DNA of 64,000 nt, taken from IMG/VR virus record IMGVR_UViG_3300025066_000004; one strand, given 5' to 3'. Shown here piece after piece: positions 8,424-16,612 of the stretch; within the stretch, counting starts at the first letter, position 1, and each line of letters starts with the position of its first letter. The translations under genes and the position numbers were made by a program. Source of the stretch: an uncultured virus (IMG/VR IMGVR_UViG_3300025066_000004) (taxonomy: Duplodnaviria; Heunggongvirae; Uroviricota; Caudoviricetes). The notes below the pieces were generated by a model. That model saw only the letters and a program-made list of their open reading frames with translations. It searched no databases and had not been told where the DNA came from.

Positions 8424-8674
8424 TGGGAGATTGGGAATACAAAAAACTTCAAAAAGCAAGCCGTGTCCTAGGGGAGAAAGGCTATTCCCTTATAACCGAC
8501 AAGTTCGGGTATAAGGTAATGTTTGGAGAAGAATTTGTTTACGCTGCCGGAATAAATCGAGCTGCCAGAATGAAGCCAATGCATTGGCGACACGCCAAAG
8601 CAAACGTCAGAGATAATTTGGGTTATGCCGTTAGGGCTGCCCAAGCCCACTTGATTAAAGCAACTGAAAGGTGA
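8420..8674 (+). CDS. Hypothetical basic protein
   Basis: GAGGAG SD. Confidence 0.6.
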   Translation: MMGDWEYKKLQKASRVLGEKGYSLITDKFGYKVMFGEEFVYAAGINRAARMKPMHWRHAKANVRDNLGYAVRAAQAHLIKATER

Positions 8675-8677
8675 GTT

Positions 8678-8911
8678 ATGAACGAGTACCTAAAAGCAAG
8701 ACCTGGAAAAGTGACACACAAAGATAAGGTCTTAGCTCACGTACCCAAAACAGGCGGGATCAACCAAAGACAACTGACTCAAGCTCTGAATATAAAAGCT
8801 CAAAACATTCACAGAATGCTATTAGAGCTTGAAGAGGCGGGACTAATCACAAGATCAATAGATAGCGGAGAGATAGCATCTAATTGCAAAATCAAATGGA
8901 CGAGGAAATGA
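8678..8911 (+). CDS. Winged-helix (MarR-like) DNA-binding protein
   Basis: INQRQLTQALNIKAQNIHRMLLELEEAGLITR. Confidence 0.75.
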   Translation: MNEYLKARPGKVTHKDKVLAHVPKTGGINQRQLTQALNIKAQNIHRMLLELEEAGLITRSIDSGEIASNCKIKWTRK

Positions 8912-9087
8912 AAAAAGAACTAAGTCCAGACGAAGAGTACGAATACCGAACCATGGACCTCATTGACCGAGGAAAATGGTGTGTAGACTGCGACTCTAGA
9001 ATCCACACCGCAGGAGATGGCTGGAATGAACCCCTTGAAAAATGGTGTAACTGCCCAGAAAGGGCTGACCAAGACGACGAAATTTAA
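8908..9087 (+). CDS. Small Cys-containing protein
   Basis: ATGA overlap at 8908; CVDC...CNC. Confidence 0.55.
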   Translation: MKKELSPDEEYEYRTMDLIDRGKWCVDCDSRIHTAGDGWNEPLEKWCNCPERADQDDEI

Positions 9088-9156
9088 AATTGAGAAGGAT
9101 ATCCCTATCTCTCAAAAGAAACCAACCAAACACTTTAACAAAAAGGACTGACCAAC

Positions 9157-9840
9157 ATGGCACGACTAACCAAAAAGATGAAAGAAGAAATCTGCGATAT
9201 CCTAGAGATCAAAGCAGCAAAATCCCACGATGAAGAACTCGCCCTACTAAACGAAGCTTACGAAGAAGAAAGAAAAGCCGTTTATGAAGAGCTTTTCTAC
9301 GCACTGAACAGGGACTATTACGGACGATCAAAAGAAATCACCGATTTTATGCTTAAACACCCAGAACTTTTCTCTAGCACAGATCGAGTATATGTCGATT
9401 TCCCAGATCAAAAAGAATTCTTAAAAGAACTTCCACTTTTAAAAGAGAAAGCTGATAATGCCTATCACTACTTTTCAGTAAATCCTGATCCTCCCGTCCC
9501 TAAAGGAGCTGGAGACAACTGGAGTCCCACTATCAAACCTTTACCTGGTGCAACTATCTGGGAAAATCTTGAAAAATACGAAAAAACCCGGAAAGCTGTC
9601 GATAAAGCCGTTGATGCCCAACAACTCTCACGACGCCAAGTTCGAGAAGAGATGGAAAGATACCTAGCGAACTTCACTACTACCAAGAGACTCATTGAGG
9701 CATTCCCTCAGGTACTAAGTATCTATAACTTCCCTCTTGAAGCTAAACGACATCTAATGCCTGTTCAAGCTTCTGAGAGTCTAATCAGTTTTCTTAACCT
9801 TCAACATGGAATTGAACTTACAAATCCATTGGAAGAATGA
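9157..9840 (+). CDS. Nmad5-like (nucleotide modification associated domain 5) protein
   Basis: N-terminal RLTKxMKEEI and C-terminal LxxFTTxKRLIEAFP; coupled to the methyltransferase. Confidence 0.6.
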   Translation: MARLTKKMKEEICDILEIKAAKSHDEELALLNEAYEEERKAVYEELFYALNRDYYGRSKEITDFMLKHPELFSSTDRVYVDFPDQKEFLKELPLLKEKADNAYHYFSVNPDPPVPKGAGDNWSPTIKPLPGATIWENLEKYEKTRKAVDKAVDAQQLSRRQVREEMERYLANFTTTKRLIEAFPQVLSIYNFPLEAKRHLMPVQASESLISFLNLQHGIELTNPLEE

Positions 9841-10784
9841 CTTTAACAGCTATCGACTTCTTCTGCGGAGCAGGAGGGGCCTCCTTAGGGCTAATAAGTG
9901 CAGGGGCCAAGCTTTTAGCTGCAGTGAATCATTCAGCACTCGCAGTTAAGTGGCACCAAGCTAACCATCCTGATGTAACGCACATTACCCAGGATATGAA
10001 TCAGATGGATTTCACCCTCCTCCCTGATTTTGATATAGCTTGGTGCTCTGTCCCCTGCACCACCCACTCTAGAGCAAAAGGAAACTACGTATCTCCTCAA
10101 TTTGATGCTAGTCGCGCAACAGCTTGGGCAGTGACAACCATGGCTGAATTTAAAAGGCCTAAATACATCATTGTTGAAAATGTAGTGGAGTTTAAAAAGT
10201 GGGAACTTTACTACCCCTGGATCAATATCTTGGGAAATTTAGGGTACTGCCTGACTTCCCATACTTTAAATAGCAAAAACTTTGGAATTGCTCAGGATCG
10301 AGAAAGACTTTTTCTTATTTTCGAACATGAAAGTAACAACGACTTTCTCCCATGCCCTCAATTCCCTACTGAGACCCCGGAAATCTCAGCAAAAGAAGTA
10401 ATAAAAGAAACTGAAGCCCCTTGGACAGAAATCTACTTGCCCAATCGAGCTAAGTCCACCCTGAAAAAAATTGAACAGGGACGAAAAAGATACGGTAGAG
10501 AGTTCTTAATTGGGTATTACGGTACAAACCAAGGAAGATCCTTAGATCGCCCAATAGGAACCATACCTACGAAGGAAAGGTGGGCAGTAATTAAGAATGA
10601 CTTTATGAGAATGCTTACTACCGAAGAAATTAAGACTTTCATGGGGTTTCCCCCTTCATATTACCTTCCTTCTAACAAAAAGGACGCCGTATTTCTACTT
10701 GGAAACGCAGTAGTCCCTGCTGTAGCAGAAGGAATTACGAAACAGATAATAGCCCACCATGCCCTCACAAGAGTACTTGGTTAA
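9837..10784 (+). CDS. dcm: DNA (cytosine-5) methyltransferase
   Basis: DFFCGAGG (motif I), PC (IV), ENV (VI), QxRxR (VIII), LGNAV (X). Confidence 0.95.
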   Translation: MTLTAIDFFCGAGGASLGLISAGAKLLAAVNHSALAVKWHQANHPDVTHITQDMNQMDFTLLPDFDIAWCSVPCTTHSRAKGNYVSPQFDASRATAWAVTTMAEFKRPKYIIVENVVEFKKWELYYPWINILGNLGYCLTSHTLNSKNFGIAQDRERLFLIFEHESNNDFLPCPQFPTETPEISAKEVIKETEAPWTEIYLPNRAKSTLKKIEQGRKRYGREFLIGYYGTNQGRSLDRPIGTIPTKERWAVIKNDFMRMLTTEEIKTFMGFPPSYYLPSNKKDAVFLLGNAVVPAVAEGITKQIIAHHALTRVLG

Positions 10785-10929
10785 AAAACATAGAGACTTA
10801 AAAGTTTCACAAATCGAAGGCCCAGTTCCATCTGGCTATCAAATTTGCTTTAGCTGTTTCCAAAAGGCTTATAAGCAAAGACCAAAACGAACAAAATGCA
10901 AAATCTGCGAGGAGAACACCAAACCATGA
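10759..10929 (+). CDS. 56-aa Zn-finger protein (not in ORF track)
   Basis: MPSQEY...CFSC...CKIC; ends in ATGA overlap with 10926. Confidence 0.55.
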   Translation: MPSQEYLVKKHRDLKVSQIEGPVPSGYQICFSCFQKAYKQRPKRTKCKICEENTKP

Positions 10930-11639
10930 TTAACTTTTTAATTAACCTACTCACCCTTCCTAAAACCTTGAAGGCTTTAAAAGCTTCAGAACAGCATTTA
11001 AAGGACCAGGTTAGCACCTTAAAAACTCTACAATCTTCACTTGAATTAAAATTCTCAGAAGCTTTAGAAGCTTTTGAGAATAACAACCTCGACTATTCAG
11101 CAATTCCGATAGACTACAATAGGTTCTCAGCAACTTTAGATTACAGCGAGATCACCAAGCACCTTTCTATCCAGCCAAGTGACCTAGCTATCCCAGGAGA
11201 TCTACTAACTGACGCTGCTAGGAACATCTTTGCGGAGAACGACTCTTTAAGAGATAGCATCATAAATAAAGTGGCAGAGGATCTAGACTATGACGACCTA
11301 GGACAGCAAATTGACTACGACTTCCTCGATATAGACTACTCAGAACTCGGCATAGACTATAAAAGTCTAGCAGAAGAGCTCACTTACGATACTGATGAAG
11401 TGACAGACCAAATCTCAGAAAGATTTTTAACCCGATTTTGGGCACAAGAAAGCACCTCAGAAAAAAGAATTGCAGAGATGATTCTTGAAAACCTAAACAT
11501 CAGGACTCTTGGAGAACAAGTAATGGGAAAACAAACTGCCTTATTAGAAAGTGTTAACCACTGCCTAAATGAGATAGAAACTTGGAAGCCCGTAGCTCTT
11601 TTCGATAGAGTCATAAAGCTGGAACGAATAACCAAGTAA
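10926..11639 (+). CDS. Acidic protein with repeated (I/L)DYxxL motifs
   Basis: AGGAG SD before ATG 10926; about 7 (I/L)DY repeats. Confidence 0.75.
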   Translation: MINFLINLLTLPKTLKALKASEQHLKDQVSTLKTLQSSLELKFSEALEAFENNNLDYSAIPIDYNRFSATLDYSEITKHLSIQPSDLAIPGDLLTDAARNIFAENDSLRDSIINKVAEDLDYDDLGQQIDYDFLDIDYSELGIDYKSLAEELTYDTDEVTDQISERFLTRFWAQESTSEKRIAEMILENLNIRTLGEQVMGKQTALLESVNHCLNEIETWKPVALFDRVIKLERITK

Positions 11640-11652
11640 AAGGAGTAAAACC

Positions 11653-12000
11653 ATGGGAAAACAAACCCAAAGCACCACTGAAGTAGAAGCAGAAGTTATT
11701 GATGAAGTTGAACCCGCAGTAAGCGTTAGCATTCGAACTGTCGTTCATCTGACCGACTTTCAAGTACTGCGAACTATCCAAGAGACCGAGCAACTTTCTG
11801 CATTAACTCGACAAGGTACGGGAAAAGGCTTCAAAGTCACAAGACCCTACATTGAAGGTCGAGCGGAAAAGAACTTGTTAGGTGAAGGTGGCTCTTTAGA
11901 GTATTACCAGCGCCCTGAAGTTCTCAGCAATGAATCATTCTGGGAAGAAGCCGAGAATACTTTCTTTCGGGTATATGGTCGAAAACCCATCCTTCCCTAG
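11653..12000 (+). CDS. Hypothetical protein
   Basis: AAGGAG SD. Confidence 0.75.
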   Translation: MGKQTQSTTEVEAEVIDEVEPAVSVSIRTVVHLTDFQVLRTIQETEQLSALTRQGTGKGFKVTRPYIEGRAEKNLLGEGGSLEYYQRPEVLSNESFWEEAENTFFRVYGRKPILP

Positions 12001-12006
12001 CAGTTT

Positions 12007-12052
12007 AAAAGTCCTACGGGGTATACTTAAAACCCCCCCCGTAGGACTTTTT
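12007..12052 (+). terminator. Intrinsic terminator
   Basis: AAAAGTCCTACGGGG/CCCCGTAGGACTTTT stem. Confidence 0.75.
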
Positions 12053-12092
12053 ACGGGAATTCCTAGAACGAGTTACCGAAAGGACCTCAAGA

Positions 12093-12266
12093 ATGACTAA
12101 TAAGGCTCATCTTTCACAAGACAAACCGGGTTTTTCAAAAGAAGACCTACCAAATGAGCCCAAAGACGGGGAAATAATCACAGATGACTACAACAACGGA
12201 AACCAATGGCACTACGACGCTAAACGCAAAACCTACATCAGAGATTTTGTGGACAGCACGGAGTAA
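12093..12266 (+). CDS. 57-aa hypothetical protein (not in ORF track)
   Basis: AAGGA SD; MTNKAHLSQDKPGF...DSTE; overlaps the start of the next ORF. Confidence 0.45.
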   Translation: MTNKAHLSQDKPGFSKEDLPNEPKDGEIITDDYNNGNQWHYDAKRKTYIRDFVDSTE

Positions 12267-12873
12267 GAACCCAAAGACCGGAGACGTACCAACTGCCTGG
12301 ATAGGAGAAACTAAAGAGAAGACAAGACTTACCTGTAAGAAATGTCCAATCCGATCCTCTTGTTATGCATATAACGGGACTACAGTCCTTGCATTAGGAC
12401 AAGTTCAAAAAGTAAACAAGACCTCCCCCAAGAGGTACAAGATCGAAAGTGCTCTTTCTCACAGAATCGTTACTTCTAAAATAGTTCGAATATCAGCAAT
12501 TGGTGACGCAGGTCACGAATCCGTTGATGCAAATCGCCTTAAATTAGATCTCCAAGAAGTGTTGAATGAGGGACTTACACCAATAGGCTACACTCACTAT
12601 TGGAAGCAGCCACATAACCAATGGCTCCGTAAGTTCCTCAGAGCTTCTTGTGAGTCTGAGAAGTTAGCTTTACTAGCTATCGACTTAGGCTGGAAACCTG
12701 TGATACTTTCCAAACATCCTAAAAAAGAAGTTTTGGAAAGGAAACTCGAAACGGAAAAATTCACGAATCTTGTCGGAAAAATGTGTTTATATTATACTAA
12801 CGATATAAACTGCAACTCTTGTAAGGCTTGCAACGTATCCAATAGTGATATAATCGTTTTTCCCAGATTATGA
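12184..12873 (+). CDS. Cys-rich phage protein, gp88-like / radical-SAM-like
   Basis: SxNxKTG, CxxCP...CYA, R...GD, GYTH, ASxES, C-terminal CxxCxxC. Confidence 0.6.
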   Translation: MTTTTETNGTTTLNAKPTSEILWTARSKNPKTGDVPTAWIGETKEKTRLTCKKCPIRSSCYAYNGTTVLALGQVQKVNKTSPKRYKIESALSHRIVTSKIVRISAIGDAGHESVDANRLKLDLQEVLNEGLTPIGYTHYWKQPHNQWLRKFLRASCESEKLALLAIDLGWKPVILSKHPKKEVLERKLETEKFTNLVGKMCLYYTNDINCNSCKACNVSNSDIIVFPRL

Positions 12874-13220
12874 CAAAAGAGTACAAGATACTTAATCTAA
12901 CCATGCATGACGTCACTGTTAAGTTTAACGGTGAAACCCGCATATTCCCTAAGTCTGGGATGAGCGTCAGATGCAATATCCCTATGGAGGACACAACTCC
13001 AATCAACGGAGTCCCTACCAAGATTAAACAGTTAGATAAGGTAGACACTACTCTTCCGCCAGAACAAGAAAACGTCCTGTTACTAGTGTCCTCTATGGTC
13101 CTAGATACTTGCCCAGAGAGAAAAGATTTAATTTCTCCTGACACCTCAAAAGGGATGGCAATTAAGGACAAACATGGTAAAATAATAGCAGTTCGCGGCT
13201 TTCAGCGAAACACTCATTAA
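12870..13220 (+). CDS. NLTxH-family small protein (possible Crn4-like ring nuclease)
   Basis: NLTMH...FPKSG..VR...LPP....LLVSSMV....R.DLISP.....D..GKII...F. Confidence 0.55.
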   Translation: MTKEYKILNLTMHDVTVKFNGETRIFPKSGMSVRCNIPMEDTTPINGVPTKIKQLDKVDTTLPPEQENVLLLVSSMVLDTCPERKDLISPDTSKGMAIKDKHGKIIAVRGFQRNTH

Positions 13221-13254
13221 ACAGCCAAACATTTAAACAAAGGAACAGTCAAAC

Positions 13255-13626
13255 ATGGAAAAGGTTGCTGAAGCAGTCTTCATCGAACCTGCACTCTTCG
13301 GGTTTAAAAAAGAAGAGAAATACCTCATCCCTTTCGGGGAGAGACTCCCAGAAGACAGACAAGCCCAAGAACAACGCCTTGCTCAACTTCAATTGCAAGT
13401 TACTAAAGGCATAATTAAGACTGTCTCCTATTCTGGGGGGTATGTACGCTTAGACCCACCTTCCCGAGTACCTGGAGGGGTAGATAGAATTGTTGACTCC
13501 AAGGGGTTTGGCATTTTCAAATTCCACCGAGAGACCAGCATGATTTTCTTCACAAAGGGGGACCGCGTAAATATCTATAAAATTTTAAACTCAACAGGTA
13601 GGCCAGTTTTTGTTATCGACAAATAA
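13255..13626 (+). CDS. Hypothetical protein
   Basis: AAAGGA SD. Confidence 0.75.
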   Translation: MEKVAEAVFIEPALFGFKKEEKYLIPFGERLPEDRQAQEQRLAQLQLQVTKGIIKTVSYSGGYVRLDPPSRVPGGVDRIVDSKGFGIFKFHRETSMIFFTKGDRVNIYKILNSTGRPVFVIDK

Positions 13627-13659
13627 GTCTACCTCTTACAAACAAAGGAACAATTAAAC

Positions 13660-14409
13660 ATGGCAAAAAACAAACAAGCAAACGCCGTTGTAGAAGCTCA
13701 AACAGAGCTAATAGAGCTTGGCGGGGTTTCGATCCCTACAGACTCTGCCCTTGCTGAGATTCTAACCGGAGAGCTTATTACCGCAGAAGAAGCTGCAGAC
13801 GAAGCACTACCTTATTTAAAAATGCACCATGCCATTGAACAAACCTTGGAGAACCATAACCATATGCACCTCTACTCTGGCGGAAACGCAAGAGTCCTAG
13901 AGGAAGGCTACCAGGTTACAGTCCTTCAAAACCTTCGAATGATCCGTAAGTCCATTAAAGACGATAAGGGTAAGGTCAAGTATGTGAAAGCCTACGAGAC
14001 AGAAGAGAGCATGGAACAATTTGAACGGCTACACGCAGAGCATAAGAAAGATGAGAGTAACCAAGCCGTGAAAATGGGAAGGGTATACCTTCTAGCTCTT
14101 ATCATTGATGATGTAGTAACTATCGCTGAATTCGAGACTTGTGGCCTAGCTGACAAGTACTGGGGATTCCTGCCAGATGCAAAATTCCCACAGCAAAAAC
14201 TGGTTCAAATTAACCTCGAGAATCACAAGGAGAACTTGAAGAAGTCAGAGACTTCAGGTTTTACTTACCATGATCCAAGACGATTTACTCAGTACACTTT
14301 TGACAGAATCCCTAGGGAAAGTCTGGAAATGGTTGCTCAAGAAATCATTAAGCAAGATACTTTGCTTAAAGCTTGGAAACATAAAGCTCCTGCGGGAGCC
14401 TGGGAATAA
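13660..14409 (+). CDS. Hypothetical replication-module protein (possible SSB/annealing protein by position)
   Basis: Position upstream of helicase and polymerase; no firm motif. Confidence 0.6.
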   Translation: MAKNKQANAVVEAQTELIELGGVSIPTDSALAEILTGELITAEEAADEALPYLKMHHAIEQTLENHNHMHLYSGGNARVLEEGYQVTVLQNLRMIRKSIKDDKGKVKYVKAYETEESMEQFERLHAEHKKDESNQAVKMGRVYLLALIIDDVVTIAEFETCGLADKYWGFLPDAKFPQQKLVQINLENHKENLKKSETSGFTYHDPRRFTQYTFDRIPRESLEMVAQEIIKQDTLLKAWKHKAPAGAWE

Positions 14410-14451
14410 TTTCCCAGTACTTTGATCTAGTGGTTTTAAGGGTCGGAGGGG

Positions 14452-16077
14452 GTGTGGGTGAAAGTCCTGCTTCTCTCCGACCTTCTTACCACTCCCTCTA
14501 TTGCCATGAAAAAATGGAAAGCAATTGAAGTTAGGCCTGAACTTCTAACTGACTACCAAAAAAAGTTTATCCCTGCCGGGAGATACTGGTTCACTCAATA
14601 TCTAAGCGACACAGATAAACTAAAACTAGGAGCAAAATACGCCAAAAGAAATGGGAGCCATTACGGCTGGCTAGTTCCCCTAGAAGAATGGTCAGCAAGA
14701 TTTATTAACGGAGCCCAACTAAGCCCTTGGCCTAAGATTCAATTTGAAGAACCTTTTGAAACAGAAAAGGATTTTCCCAGTTTTCACAGAATTAACTCCA
14801 GTTTACCGCCCGAAGATAAAGCCCACCTTCGGACATACCAAATCAATTTCTTCAAAGAAGTTAAGACTTTCTTAAAAAATGGCATGAAATACTCCAAGTC
14901 ATTGATCGCTCCTCTGGGAGCAGGAAAGACCATTATGGGTTTAGGGGCGTTACACCTAGCCAACACAAAGTCGTTAGTTGTTGCCCCTAAATACCTACAT
15001 GACCAATGGAGGAGAGAAGCTGAGAAATGGGGTTTTGAAATCCCCCACCTTATCACCTATGCCCATGAGACAGTTTCGAAGTACTTAAATCTAGGGTATA
15101 AGGCAGTAATATTTGATGAAAACTTGAGAACAAAAAACCCTAGAGCACAACGATCTAAGACTTGCCAAAAACTAGCAAACTCTTGCAAACTTGCTATAGG
15201 TATGACTGCCACTCCTACCTCTTCAGAGGGGGCAGCAGATTGGCGTCACATTAACACTGGGCATCCAGGGGCCCTACCTCAAGACAAAGGGCCGTTAATG
15301 CACACCTTTGGTATTGCTCCTACTTTAGATTGGATACCTGGAAGAAGAGAAAAAACTTGGGTCATAAAAGGGTGGGACGATGAAGCCGTCGCAGAGTTTA
15401 TTGAGCCTTACGTTTACACAGTGGCTCGAAGTGACATCCAAGCCCATATTCCATCCGTCCACTTTATTAAAATTCACCTCGAACAACCCCCTGTTAGCTG
15501 GCTTGAAGCAAGAGAGGGACTTTATACAGATCTGTCGTTCTCGAAAGCCATTGCTCAATGTAGACAACTTACCTCTGGTTTTTATACAGACGATGACAAA
15601 GAGGTATATGACGATAACAACATCAAACTTAACTGGATCAAAGATTTCATCGCAGACAATCCAAATGAAGGGATTGTCATTTTTAGTACTCACATTGAAG
15701 CTCAACGCAGACTTGAGAAAGGACTGGCTATCCACGATCCTGCCGTCATTGTCGCAGACGGGAGAGATACTGGTGCGGATCTACGAAGATTCCAAGAAGG
15801 GCGAACTAAAATTATGGTCTGTTCCGCACAACTCACAGAAGGAATGAACCTCCACAAAGTCTGCAGAATCGGAATCTTTGAATCTAATGGTCTTTCTCCA
15901 GTAATGAGAAAACAAGCAGTAGGAAGAATTGAAAGACCAAATTCTAACTGGGCAGGGGTAACTATCTATGACCTCTGTTGCCAGGATACTTTCGATGAAC
16001 ATCTATTAGACCTATTAACAAAACACATCAACTTTAGTGAAAATCAAATACTAGAGTTACTAAGGAGGAAATGGTAA
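14452..16077 (+). CDS. SF2 (SNF2-like) helicase; start may be 14506
   Basis: LRTYQ, GAGKT Walker A, FDEN Walker B, MTATP, EGMNL, QAVGRIER. Confidence 0.9.
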   Translation: MWVKVLLLSDLLTTPSIAMKKWKAIEVRPELLTDYQKKFIPAGRYWFTQYLSDTDKLKLGAKYAKRNGSHYGWLVPLEEWSARFINGAQLSPWPKIQFEEPFETEKDFPSFHRINSSLPPEDKAHLRTYQINFFKEVKTFLKNGMKYSKSLIAPLGAGKTIMGLGALHLANTKSLVVAPKYLHDQWRREAEKWGFEIPHLITYAHETVSKYLNLGYKAVIFDENLRTKNPRAQRSKTCQKLANSCKLAIGMTATPTSSEGAADWRHINTGHPGALPQDKGPLMHTFGIAPTLDWIPGRREKTWVIKGWDDEAVAEFIEPYVYTVARSDIQAHIPSVHFIKIHLEQPPVSWLEAREGLYTDLSFSKAIAQCRQLTSGFYTDDDKEVYDDNNIKLNWIKDFIADNPNEGIVIFSTHIEAQRRLEKGLAIHDPAVIVADGRDTGADLRRFQEGRTKIMVCSAQLTEGMNLHKVCRIGIFESNGLSPVMRKQAVGRIERPNSNWAGVTIYDLCCQDTFDEHLLDLLTKHINFSENQILELLRRKW

Positions 16078-16317
16078 ATGAGCATCATCGAACAAGCAAT
16101 CGAACTCCTTAAAATTCAAGCTGAAGAAATTTGGCCTGACAAAATGCCAGAAGGAATCCTAGACGATAGAGTAGCAGATATGAAAAGTGAAGAAGCTTCA
16201 GATATCAACAACGACGGTTTCGATAGCCAAGTTGAATATTTACTTTTAAACGGAGAAAGCCGAGAATCCTTATCAGAGATACTCGAATTATACCGAGAAG
16301 GAAATGGTAATGCCTGA
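16078..16317 (+). CDS. Acidic phage protein
   Basis: ASDINNxGxxxQVEYL motif. Confidence 0.7.
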   Translation: MSIIEQAIELLKIQAEEIWPDKMPEGILDDRVADMKSEEASDINNDGFDSQVEYLLLNGESRESLSEILELYREGNGNA

Positions 16318-16567
16318 TATACCTTACGAAGAACTTTTAAGACGAAAAGAACTCTTATCTAACCCCGAATTCTTAGTATTCGCAGCTACTGAATACGCAA
16401 ATACAGTTATAGAACACATGACCCTAGAAGACCTCCAAAACTTTGTGTACGAAAACGAATACGAATGGTTTGATAGCGAAGCCAATACTCATCGACAAAT
16501 CGACGCTTTGGACTCAGAAAAGCTAGACATTGACAAACTTTACGAAAAATTCAAGGAGCAAAAATGA
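16304..16567 (+). CDS. Acidic hypothetical protein
   Basis: Overlapping operon. Confidence 0.7.
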   Translation: MVMPDIPYEELLRRKELLSNPEFLVFAATEYANTVIEHMTLEDLQNFVYENEYEWFDSEANTHRQIDALDSEKLDIDKLYEKFKEQK

Positions 16568-16612
16568 GGTTGGAAAGTTTTAACTTCACCTTTCTCTCCT
16601 TCGGCATACCAA

